A DNA stretch of 64,000 nucleotides, from the NCBI GenBank assembly GCA_049968255.1, contig JBMFRB010000009.1, positions 1-64,000 of the forward strand, read 5' to 3'. Origin of the DNA: Candidatus Sumerlaeaceae bacterium (GTDB lineage Bacteria > Sumerlaeota > Sumerlaeia > Sumerlaeales > Sumerlaeaceae). Below, one piece after another: positions 1 through 8,605 of this stretch (position 1 is its first letter; each line of letters begins with the position of its first letter). The position numbers were made by a program, and so were the translations under genes. The notes under the pieces are model-generated. The model was not told where the DNA came from. It saw only the letters and a list, made by a program, of their open reading frames with translations, and searched no databases.

Positions 1-5
1 AAAAT

Positions 6-81
6 TGGCGTCCCCAAGGGGATTCGAACCCCTGTTATCGCCGTGAAAGGGCGATGTCCTAGGCCTCTAGACGATGGGGAC
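6..81 (-). tRNA. tRNA-Glu (anticodon UUC)
   Basis: Reverse complement reads GTCCCCATCGTCTAGAGGCCTAGGACATCGCCCTTTCACGGCGATAACAGGGGTTCGAATCCCCTTGGGGACGCCA: 76 nt cloverleaf, TTC anticodon, GTTCGAA T-loop, encoded CCA. Confidence 0.97.
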
Positions 82-302
82 GCGTGCACGCACGTCCGTG
101 CTGAGTGCAAACGCTTCTACAATATAAGGCGCAAAAGCATTCGCAAAACTCTTCTTGGCAGCAAGCAACGCCGAAAAGAAAAGCTCGCCATTTCGATGTG
201 CGCACAACAGAGGTCCCACTTCCCTGCAAGCGCTTCTTCCCAGGGAGGCTTGCCCCATTGGGCAGGCCTGCCGTGGCGACGTAGTGAGAGCAGGATGCGC
301 CG

Positions 303-1835
303 TCACATACGGCCGGCCAAGGTCTCCCAATCGCGAAGTGCCTGCCGCCAGTTCCGGCCGCCCCGATAAGCCATGCGAAGAAAATCAGCCGTCCGGAGGT
401 CGCCCTGCACAAGCAGACGCTGCACTTGGGCCAATGTCAGGCTCGGCATCGAAAAGCGCACGTTGTCCAGCCGCCGCAGATATCGTTCGAGCAGGCGCAA
501 GTGCCGGCGCGTTTGTTCGGGCGCAAGAGGTTCGAACTTAGCCAACGGCGTCTTGGGAATTGGCACAAAAATCCCCAAATTGAGCGCAAGTGCCCCGATC
601 CGGCCACGACCACGTGACCACGCCACGAACTCCCTGCGAAGTCGTCCAATGAGCTCCGGTATGGCCAGGACGTCGTCTTCCGTTTCCGTAGGCAGGCCGA
701 GCATGAAATACATCTTCAGGTTCGGAATCCCCAACCGCAGCGCGTTCTCAATGACCCAGAAGAGTCGTTCATCAGGCAACCGCGCCTTACCAAGGAGCCG
801 CCGTAGTCGGAATGATCCGGCTTCGGGCGCCACAGTGAGCGTTTGTGTTCCACTGCGCGCAAGAGTCTTCAGCATCGGCAAGGTCACATCCTCCGCGCGC
901 AGGCTCGAGTACGATACGGCTACCCCCAGCTCATCACAAAACTCGCACAGCTCATCAATCTGAGGATGCGAAGCCACCGCGCTGGCCACAAAACCGAAAC
1001 GCTTCACCGTGCGAGCGCGCTCCGCGATCCATGCCTTCAGCGCATCAAGCGGCACGCTGCGATAGGGATTCAGATTGTGTCCCACAAAACAGAACGTGCA
1101 GCGGTAGGGGCAACCGCGGGCCAGCTCCACAAGACACATTTCCGAGAATTGCGTATGGGGGGTCACGATGTGAGAACAGAGTGGCGAACCCCAAAACTCC
1201 TGTACCTCCACGCGCTCTGGAATGGGGGCGCGGCCGCTTTCGAGCGCGGGACAATCCAGGCCATAGCGACGGCATGCGCCCGCGGTAACTTCGACACCAG
1301 GCAGACCCCGCACGCGTTCGAGAAACGCCCGGCGCTCCGAACCGAATTCTTCGTAGACAGCCAGGATGTCGTAAAGTACCGCTTCGACTTCGGCATTTAC
1401 AAGCACATCCACAAACGGATAGACGGGGTGGTGGTTCACATCCACACACACGCCGCCACACACGATGAGCGGGAACTCGGGCCCCCGTTGCTCAGCCATC
1501 AACGGCAAACGGGCACGCTCGAAAAACTCAACAATGTTGAGATAATCAAGCTCAAATGCGACTGTGAAAAACAGAAGCTCGAACTCTGTCGGCGAGCGAA
1601 GGCTCTCGAGTGACACCGCCGGGTCGAAATCCGTGAAAAAACGTTCCGCTGCCCAATGCGGATGCGCGTTGATAAGGCGGTAAAGGTATTGGAACCCGAG
1701 ATTCGACATCGCCACATGGTAGGAATTAGGAAAGACAACTCCGGCCATCCGATACGCGCCAAACGGCTTTCGTGTAGCACCACGTTCGGCACTTTTCAGG
1801 GCATCGATGGATTGTCGTTGTTGGATCTGTGGCAC
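303..1835 (-). CDS. Radical SAM protein (B12-binding/YgiQ-TIGR03960-like family)
   Basis: CxxxCxxC in ARGCPYRCTFC, plus FPNSYHVAMSNLG, TLTVAPEAGS and YFMLGLPTET motifs. Start placed at GTG (VPQIQQ); start uncertain. Confidence 0.85.
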   Translation of the reverse strand: MPQIQQRQSIDALKSAERGATRKPFGAYRMAGVVFPNSYHVAMSNLGFQYLYRLINAHPHWAAERFFTDFDPAVSLESLRSPTEFELLFFTVAFELDYLNIVEFFERARLPLMAEQRGPEFPLIVCGGVCVDVNHHPVYPFVDVLVNAEVEAVLYDILAVYEEFGSERRAFLERVRGLPGVEVTAGACRRYGLDCPALESGRAPIPERVEVQEFWGSPLCSHIVTPHTQFSEMCLVELARGCPYRCTFCFVGHNLNPYRSVPLDALKAWIAERARTVKRFGFVASAVASHPQIDELCEFCDELGVAVSYSSLRAEDVTLPMLKTLARSGTQTLTVAPEAGSFRLRRLLGKARLPDERLFWVIENALRLGIPNLKMYFMLGLPTETEDDVLAIPELIGRLRREFVAWSRGRGRIGALALNLGIFVPIPKTPLAKFEPLAPEQTRRHLRLLERYLRRLDNVRFSMPSLTLAQVQRLLVQGDLRTADFLRMAYRGGRNWRQALRDWETLAGRM

Positions 1836-2102
1836 GCTTCGCTCACCGATGAGTACCACTCGGTACAAAAAAATTTTCACCTCCCAGAGGAGAATGGCAC
1901 CCACTTCATAACAATCACCTGAGCCACCTGATCTTATCTCTCTCTGGCATCGATACTTTCTCTTGAAGAAAAAGATGGCGGTGCTCAGGGCAGAAAAAGG
2001 CAATCATTCTTCCGTCCGAGCTTACGCCATCTCGTAATGAATACCACCTCAACTCCGCATGACAAACAACAGTACGCACCTATCCCAGGACCGTAACCCA
2101 CA

Positions 2103-3965
2103 TTACATCCCCTTTCTCACGATCACTAAAGTTTCGCTTGATTTGCGATCCAGTAAAGGGGTGCTTCGTCGTGTCAAAACAAACTTTCTCCATTCATCAT
2201 ACGCATTTGGAACAGTGATCGAGGTCACTCGCTTTGCGTTCCAAACCGGCGAGCCACACTGAATTACCTCGCTGAAACTACCGGACTCAGCAGAAGAAGC
2301 CATGATTAACCTTCCTTGTGAAACCTCTCCGATGGTATTGACTAAAAGAACGCACGGCGTAGGTGTATGGTATGTCCGCAAGTACATATTGAATCCAGCG
2401 ACACGTTCGCTGTCCTTCCTCATCGCCAAGTAAACACATCCCTCTCGTTTTGCAATTGTGGCAAGTGCTTCTACTACACGGTGGTCAAACTGCTCAATTT
2501 CCGAGAAATGTTTTACTAAGGCCGAATGGGAATATAAGCTAGACCAAAAAACAAACACGGCAGGCGGAACAAGAGAGCCTAAAACGTACAATCTCACGAC
2601 AAATGGCCTCCATGACCAAAAGCAACTCCGCCGAACCAATGCAGCAGCTACGAATAAGAAGATAGGGGTAATAATCAAAAGATAATTAGAGCTAAATAGA
2701 GACGCACTTAGCCCAGCTAAGAATGAGCCGAGCGATGCAAATGTAAGCGCCCCAAGCCGCCTAAAAGCACTTGCTGCTCGGAGCAAAAAAAATACTTCAA
2801 TGAACGAAAATATGATCGCCCATAAGAAAAACAAAAACAAGTACCGTGCAAGATAGTGAGGCCACGGCAGGAAAATCATAAGTCCACAACAAGAAGCAAA
2901 GAAAGAATACAGCTGAACAAAGTTTTTTTCCACAAATACTTTTAGTTGGAAAAGGTTTTTCAAACTCGATGCGAAACGTAATGCAAAGGAAGTGGTGACA
3001 AGTGGAACTAGCGGGCCAGTGGTATATTCTATCATATTGTTGTAAGTTAACCAACCAGCGTAAATGGTGCTAGGTGCCAAGGAAAAAGCTACTCCATATC
3101 TATTGCCAGAGACAAAGCTAAGGTGCTGTCGGATAATCCCCAGGAGGAGATAATAGCCTGTGAAGAGAATAGCCCAGGAAGTGAGTACAAAAAGTGTGAT
3201 CCGGAGAGCTGGATGTTTTATGAGATAGAAAATGATGATTATTACAACAAGACAAAAAGCATATGCCGCTGTGGTAGGACGTTGCGTCGCGCTGGCAACC
3301 AGAAATAATGCAGAGAGAAAACCGAACAAATACCGATGCCACTGTGGAGGCGTTGTCGGGCAACGGATGGTAAAGCAGAGAAAGATAACGTGGAGAAGTA
3401 GACAAAGAGCCGCAGGGGGATCCGTCGTGTGAAGCCGTAACCAATGGGCCTGTAGCGCTTGCCGGTTCGACCACCCGGGGACTTCGATGACACAAAACGT
3501 GATCCCAGCCAAGAGAGCGAGGGTTAATTGCGCTATTCGCCACTTACCCATGGGGCCCGGCTGATCGAGAGTAAAAAGGCCACCAGGTGCGGCAACGAGC
3601 ACAGATATCAGACCTGCGATGCAGCAAAGTGTCATGAGGCGAAGAACGTGTTGAACTAAAGGGTTATGGTGGGAGAGCTGATAGCTGTAAAAACGAAATA
3701 GCAAAAAGCCGAGATTACCATAAAGGCCGGTGACGCTTTCGCATCGTTGTAACGCACCGATACAGCCGAGTTGAGGGTTGTAAGTGAAGAATCGAGCTGT
3801 ATCTTTGGAAATAAGCATGTCATCGATAAGCGAGGGCGGAAGAGACAGCGCTGTCTGATACAGACGAAAACCAAAAAAAGACGGTATCAAAAAGCAGATA
3901 ATAGAAATGATTGTGGCCCAGCGGATATTGGAGGGGGGATGGCTGGATGTGTCTTTGGTGCTCAT
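2103..3965 (-). CDS. Polytopic membrane protein, possible GT-C-fold glycosyltransferase
   Basis: 620 aa with more than 10 hydrophobic segments, a DD pair (SLIDDML) after the first TM helix and a soluble C-terminal domain. Visibly more AT-rich than its flanks. Confidence 0.6.
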   Translation of the reverse strand: MSTKDTSSHPPSNIRWATIISIICFLIPSFFGFRLYQTALSLPPSLIDDMLISKDTARFFTYNPQLGCIGALQRCESVTGLYGNLGFLLFRFYSYQLSHHNPLVQHVLRLMTLCCIAGLISVLVAAPGGLFTLDQPGPMGKWRIAQLTLALLAGITFCVIEVPGWSNRQALQAHWLRLHTTDPPAALCLLLHVIFLCFTIRCPTTPPQWHRYLFGFLSALFLVASATQRPTTAAYAFCLVVIIIIFYLIKHPALRITLFVLTSWAILFTGYYLLLGIIRQHLSFVSGNRYGVAFSLAPSTIYAGWLTYNNMIEYTTGPLVPLVTTSFALRFASSLKNLFQLKVFVEKNFVQLYSFFASCCGLMIFLPWPHYLARYLFLFFLWAIIFSFIEVFFLLRAASAFRRLGALTFASLGSFLAGLSASLFSSNYLLIITPIFLFVAAALVRRSCFWSWRPFVVRLYVLGSLVPPAVFVFWSSLYSHSALVKHFSEIEQFDHRVVEALATIAKREGCVYLAMRKDSERVAGFNMYLRTYHTPTPCVLLVNTIGEVSQGRLIMASSAESGSFSEVIQCGSPVWNAKRVTSITVPNAYDEWRKFVLTRRSTPLLDRKSSETLVIVRKGM

Positions 3966-4077
3966 GATCGTCCTAAGTATGTAAGCAACAGAGATGTTGT
4001 TGATATTGGCCTCGGGGGCCGAGCGGTCTCCCTATTGAGGTGCAAGGGAACTCGCTTAGGGCTTTTTGTGCTTTCCA

Positions 4078-6432
4078 CTAGGCTTTGCGGCGACCCCGCC
4101 GTTGGAAGCCTCCGCCCGCAGGGCGACGCAAATGATGACGCTGCTTGCGAGCTATGCGTTCGTGGTGTCGTTTAACACGCTTCGCGGCAGATTCTTCCGT
4201 TTGCGCCACGCCAAGAAGTGAAAAATCGAGTTCCAGCGCGGCCAAGTCTACGCGGTCAACCTGCACCACAGCTTTTTGCCCCATCCGGAAAACGTTCCCG
4301 GAGTGGCGCCCGACAAGGATCATGCGCTCCTCATCATATTCGTAGAGGTCATCCTCAAGGCGGCGGATGTGCACCAACCCTTCGACGGGCTTTTCTTTCA
4401 ATTCGACGAAAAAACCCCAAGTCAGCACGCTCGTGACAATTCCCTCGAAATGTTCCCCTAAATGCCCTAGCATGAATTCCAGCGCTTTGGCTGTTGTGGC
4501 ACGGTTTTCGATCTCTTCCGCACGTCGCTCGCGTTCGCTGCAGTGGCGCGCTGCTGCCGGCAAGAATATCTGCCAATGTTCTACGCGCCGCGGGTGAAGG
4601 TAACGCTTGGTCTGTGCTTGCCCCTCCAGTTCGCCCGTGTCGTGTTCGGGATCGCGCGGCGGACGGTAGATGCCGCTCGCAGGTGCGCCTGCCGCCAACG
4701 ACTCGCGCAAAATCCGGTGCACAATGAGATCGGGATAGCGCCGGATCGGGGATGTGAAATGTGTGTAGCAGGTGCTGGCCAACCCATAATGGCCGAGATT
4801 CTCCTCGAGGTAACGGGCTCGCATCATCGCGCGCAGGATTAGGCGTCGTGCGATGTGCCCCGCTTCCAGTCTTTCCGATTTTTCGAGGGCTTCTTGAATT
4901 GCCTGGGGTGGGAGATCGCCCTTTGCGGGGAAGCGCAAACCTAATTGCGCGAGCACGGGCATGAGCTGGCGGAGCTTGTCCAAATCCGGTTCTTCGTGGA
5001 CACGGTAGATGGAGGGCAGCCGCAAATGAAAAAGGTGCGTGGCCACCACTTCATTCGCGAGGATCATGGCCTCTTCGACGACGCGGTGCGCCTCGACTCG
5101 CTCGCGCCGCTTCACATCAGCCACGCTGCCATCTGGTGCGAATACAATCTCCGTCTCGGGAATGTCGAGGTCGAGTGCGCCGCGCCGACGCCGCATGGCC
5201 GTCAGCGCGCGCCGCAGCTCATAGAGCATTTCGAGCTGCTTGCGAATAGGCTCTAGCTGTCGCGCGAGAGCCGGCGAAGCTTTGCCCTCCATGAATTCCT
5301 GCACGTCCTCATAGACAAGGCGATAACGGCTCCGGATAATTCCCTCATGGATCCAGTAACGTCCGACGCGCCCGCGCTCATCCACCTCCATGAGGCAGCT
5401 CATTGTGAGCCTGTCCTCGTTTGGGCGCAGGGAACACAAGTCGTTCGATAGCCGTTCGGGCAACATTGGCACGACACGGTCCACAGGATAAATAGAGGTC
5501 GCGCGGTCATAAGCTTCGCGGTCGAGCAACGTGCCTTCGCGCACATACCACGACACGTCGGCGATGTGCACGCCAAGCAACCACTTACCGTCCGGCAGAC
5601 GCTCGATCGAAAGTGCATCGTCGAAATCTTTCGCTGTGCGGCCATCCATGGTGAAGGTGACAAGGTCGCGGAAATCCGTGCGACGTTGAAGTTCTTCCCG
5701 CCCAATATTGCGTGGCAACTTCTCGGCCTCCGCGCACACCGCTGGAGGGAATTCGGGGTCCACGCCGGCCTCGCGGATGATCACTGTGACGTCAATCCCC
5801 GGCGTGGTTTCGTCGCCGAGTTTCTCGCGTATCCGCCCGATGAGTGGCTGCGAGGCCGGAGTCCACTCGATAATTTCTGCAAGCACAAGGTCGCCGTCGT
5901 GAACATCGAGGCCTGCGGGGGGACGTGGCGTCGCCACCGTGCGCGTGAACCGCTCATTGCGGGGAATCACGCGGCCGCCGTGACGCGTGTAATAAAATGT
6001 CCCTACGACTTCACGTGTGCCGCGCTCGATGACCTCCACGATTTCGCCCTCGGGTTTTTCGCTTCGGTGGCTACGCACGCGCACCAGCACACGATCGCCA
6101 TGCAGGGCATCGCCCATGCGCTTGAGAGGGACAAAAATCGTCTCTGCGTCCGGATTCGCGGCGATGTACTCGTCGTCTGGCACAACAAAACCGAAACCCT
6201 TCGAATTCGTGCGCAGAACACCCGTCACAAGCCCTTTGCGCGAAGGCAGCTGATAATGGTGGCCGCGCAATTTCTCAATGCGCTTTTCGGCGATGAGCTG
6301 GCGCAACACTGCACGTAATCGCTTTTTGTCCGGTGCCGCCATGCCGAGCAGCTTGGCTAGTTCGTTGAGCGAAACTGTGCGATGCGGGTTGGCAGCAAGG
6401 TAATCGAGTATTTTCGCACGCAATTCTTCCAT
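4078..6432 (-). CDS. rnr: Ribonuclease R
   Basis: N-terminal HTH, cold-shock domains (KGFGFV), RNB motifs TMDGRTAKDFDDA and YTHFTSPIRRYPD, S1 domain, basic tail. Start set at MEELRAK. Confidence 0.95.
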   Translation of the reverse strand: MEELRAKILDYLAANPHRTVSLNELAKLLGMAAPDKKRLRAVLRQLIAEKRIEKLRGHHYQLPSRKGLVTGVLRTNSKGFGFVVPDDEYIAANPDAETIFVPLKRMGDALHGDRVLVRVRSHRSEKPEGEIVEVIERGTREVVGTFYYTRHGGRVIPRNERFTRTVATPRPPAGLDVHDGDLVLAEIIEWTPASQPLIGRIREKLGDETTPGIDVTVIIREAGVDPEFPPAVCAEAEKLPRNIGREELQRRTDFRDLVTFTMDGRTAKDFDDALSIERLPDGKWLLGVHIADVSWYVREGTLLDREAYDRATSIYPVDRVVPMLPERLSNDLCSLRPNEDRLTMSCLMEVDERGRVGRYWIHEGIIRSRYRLVYEDVQEFMEGKASPALARQLEPIRKQLEMLYELRRALTAMRRRRGALDLDIPETEIVFAPDGSVADVKRRERVEAHRVVEEAMILANEVVATHLFHLRLPSIYRVHEEPDLDKLRQLMPVLAQLGLRFPAKGDLPPQAIQEALEKSERLEAGHIARRLILRAMMRARYLEENLGHYGLASTCYTHFTSPIRRYPDLIVHRILRESLAAGAPASGIYRPPRDPEHDTGELEGQAQTKRYLHPRRVEHWQIFLPAAARHCSERERRAEEIENRATTAKALEFMLGHLGEHFEGIVTSVLTWGFFVELKEKPVEGLVHIRRLEDDLYEYDEERMILVGRHSGNVFRMGQKAVVQVDRVDLAALELDFSLLGVAQTEESAAKRVKRHHERIARKQRHHLRRPAGGGFQRRGRRKA

Positions 6433-6510
6433 AACACAGGCTTTCTCCCTAATGGCGACCATGAACCGTTGCAATAGGAATGCCGAAAGGGCTGACTACG
6501 CACATAAAGG

Positions 6511-6538
6511 AAAAGGCACCTCACAGAGGTGCTTTCTC
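6511..6538 (-). terminator. Intrinsic terminator after the LamG-like remnant
   Basis: Minus strand AAAGCACCTC-TGT-GAGGTGCCTTTT. Confidence 0.55.
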
Positions 6539-6562
6539 ACACGGCGACACCCGCATCAATTT

Positions 6563-6814
6563 TCAGTAAAGTTCAAAGAGAGAAACTCGCGCGGGGACAA
6601 ATGAGCTTGGCGTGTCAGTGCTCCATTCACCGTTGTCCGATATCCCAGCGATGAGGGTTCCGTGCGAACCTCCTGTGCACGAATCATTGATGAGCGTACC
6701 AGAACCTTCTTCGAAGCGATACATTGCTACTAATCCTGAGCTAGAGGGAGCCACGGTTTTGGTCCATTGCGCCGCAACATTGTGGCTTTCCTGGCCCCAA
6801 CTTCTGAGCGCTTG
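6563..6814 (-). pseudogene. 3' remnant of a LamG/concanavalin-A-like extracellular protein ending in PARVSLFELY
   Basis: Open frame reads LRSW...GLVAMYRFEEGSGTLINDS...HGTL, typical of LamG-like domain junctions. In-frame TAG at 6815-6817, with no signal peptide or clear RBS. Confidence 0.6.
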
Positions 6815-6877
6815 CTACTGACGCGGCCACCGAGGCAGTCACATATCGATGAGCATAGCTCACAGCCGTGGGAATCG

Positions 6878-7828
6878 TCACGCCTCTCCAATGAGAACGC
6901 CGGAAATTACCACGAGGATACCCCCCAACACCACTTGAATGACAGATTGCATGAACGGCGTTCCCATATAGCGAAAGCGAATGTAAGCGATGGCGATGAG
7001 TTCCACCCCCACCACCACCATCGCGAGAATCATAGCCCACATATAATTCGGGATAAGAAAGGGGAGTGCGTGACCAATGCCACCGACAAACGTCATGAAG
7101 CCGGTCACGAAACCACGCAGAAGAGGCCGGCCGCGGCCGGTGAGCTCTCCGTCGTCGCTTAGCCCTTCGGCAAAGCCCATGCTGATGGCCGCGCCAACAG
7201 AGGCCGCCGTCCCTACGAGGAATGCATCCCAGCTACGCTGAGTGGCAATGGCGGCGGCAAACAAGGGAGCGAGCGTCGAAACGGATCCGTCCATCAGTCC
7301 GACAAGGCCTGGCTGAATGACTTGCAGCACAAACAACTGATGCTCCGTGTAACGTTGCGGTACGGCTCCTTTCTTTGCCGCTGCGGTCACGCTTACCGCT
7401 TTGGCTTCATGGTCGCGCTCGACCTCCGCGAGATAGGAAAAGAGCGCGCGCATTTCTGCGTCGCTCGTGCGTGCAGCAGCACGCTCGTAAAAGCGTTGGG
7501 TTTCCAGCTCCATGAGCGCGATCTTTTCAGCGATCTCCTCAGGAGTCAGCCCTTCAGGCGGCAGCGGTGGACGGTCTACAAATCCGATCACATCCGTGCG
7601 GCGAATCAGGGGAATTTCGTCACCATATTTCTGGCGAAACAAGTCCAGGAGTTTGGCGCGGTGCGTATCTTCCTCTTTACGCAATTGGTCCAGTTCTGCC
7701 GCGAAATCCGGATGGGTATGCCGCACCTGGCGGGCGAATTCCTGAATGATCCGGGCATCCTCTTCCTCCAATGAAATTGCTAGGGCGAGAACCTCCTGTG
7801 GCGAAAGTGATCCGAACGAACGTTTCAT
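6878..7828 (-). CDS. mbfA: Rubrerythrin/ferritin-like + VIT1/CCC1 iron exporter (MbfA)
   Basis: LALAISLEEED and EEDTH/ERDH di-iron motifs, followed by the membrane domain QPGLVGLMDGSVSTLAP and ISMGFAEGLSDDG. GAGGAG RBS. Confidence 0.9.
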   Translation of the reverse strand: MKRSFGSLSPQEVLALAISLEEEDARIIQEFARQVRHTHPDFAAELDQLRKEEDTHRAKLLDLFRQKYGDEIPLIRRTDVIGFVDRPPLPPEGLTPEEIAEKIALMELETQRFYERAAARTSDAEMRALFSYLAEVERDHEAKAVSVTAAAKKGAVPQRYTEHQLFVLQVIQPGLVGLMDGSVSTLAPLFAAAIATQRSWDAFLVGTAASVGAAISMGFAEGLSDDGELTGRGRPLLRGFVTGFMTFVGGIGHALPFLIPNYMWAMILAMVVVGVELIAIAYIRFRYMGTPFMQSVIQVVLGGILVVISGVLIGEA

Positions 7829-7873
7829 GGTCAATCAGCTCCTCTAGGAACAATCGTCGCTAGCCGTTTGGGC

Positions 7874-7901
7874 TTGCCAATCGCGATTGTTCGATTATGC
7901 T
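7874..7901 (+). promoter_or_regulatory. Putative sigma70-type promoter TTGCCA-N16-TATGCT overlapping palindrome CAATCGCGATTG (7878-7889)
   Basis: Near-consensus hexamers in the divergent mbfA/7950 intergenic region; perfect 12-bp palindrome. Confidence 0.45.
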
Positions 7902-7949
7902 ACCCTCAAAAAGGCCGGGCAATCATAGTTCCGTCGTGCGGGATTACTC

Positions 7950-8474
7950 ATGAAATTTTATATTCGTTTACTGATTATCATCGCAGGGGTCGTTGCTGGA
8001 CTCTGGTTTCTCCAGCAGTCGGGTCCGGACCTCTTGTCGCGTGCCACGCCGACGCCGGCTGGCGCCCCTTCTTCGGCGCAGCCCCCACCTGCCGTGCCTT
8101 CAGCGGAGGGCTCGGTCCCGCCTCCCACCATGCCTACGGCTGCGGCCCCATCTTCTGTTCCTCAGGCGCCGTCTTCGCCCACGCTCATTTCACAGACACC
8201 GACTGCGACGGCCACGCCAGAAGATGCCGCCACGGCAAAGTTTCGGCAAATGGCTCAACAAGCTGGCGTCGAACTTGTCGGTTTTCAACGAGACGGCGAT
8301 TGGTTCGTGGTGACCATTCGCACGCCTGAGCGCAGTCGACTCTTTGATTTTCTCGACGTGGCGCAACGGTTCGGTCTCAAGAACGTGGATGTGAAACGCG
8401 GTGCCCAGCTGCGAGAGTACATGGGTCCTGGCGGACGCCTGTACTTCGAAGCGACTCATCGCATGCGTTTTTAA
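7950..8474 (+). CDS. Membrane-anchored protein with Pro/Ala/Thr linker and small C-terminal domain (GspM/PilO-like by eye)
   Basis: Single N-terminal TM helix, about 60 aa P/A/T/S-rich linker, then an about 80 aa alpha/beta domain. Confidence 0.7.
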   Translation: MKFYIRLLIIIAGVVAGLWFLQQSGPDLLSRATPTPAGAPSSAQPPPAVPSAEGSVPPPTMPTAAAPSSVPQAPSSPTLISQTPTATATPEDAATAKFRQMAQQAGVELVGFQRDGDWFVVTIRTPERSRLFDFLDVAQRFGLKNVDVKRGAQLREYMGPGGRLYFEATHRMRF

Positions 8475-8542
8475 GGCTGGGGGAGCTGCTGGAATGGAAC
8501 GGTACGAGTGCGACTCAATTTTAGCGCAAACGGCTGCACCCC

Positions 8543-8570
8543 TTGCCGAATAGAAAAAATGGCCTATAGT
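8543..8570 (+). promoter_or_regulatory. Putative sigma70-type promoter TTGCCG-N16-TATAGT
   Basis: Near-consensus hexamers upstream of the GGAGG RBS of the S8 protease gene. Confidence 0.5.
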
Positions 8571-8605
8571 ATCTAAAGATTTCCACATTTTGGAGGTTGC
8601 TTCCT

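Noticed and set aside
6-300. tRNA-Glu as a possible integration site
   Set aside because: The tRNA 3' end points out of the window, and I saw no integrase or duplicated tRNA 3' end inside it.
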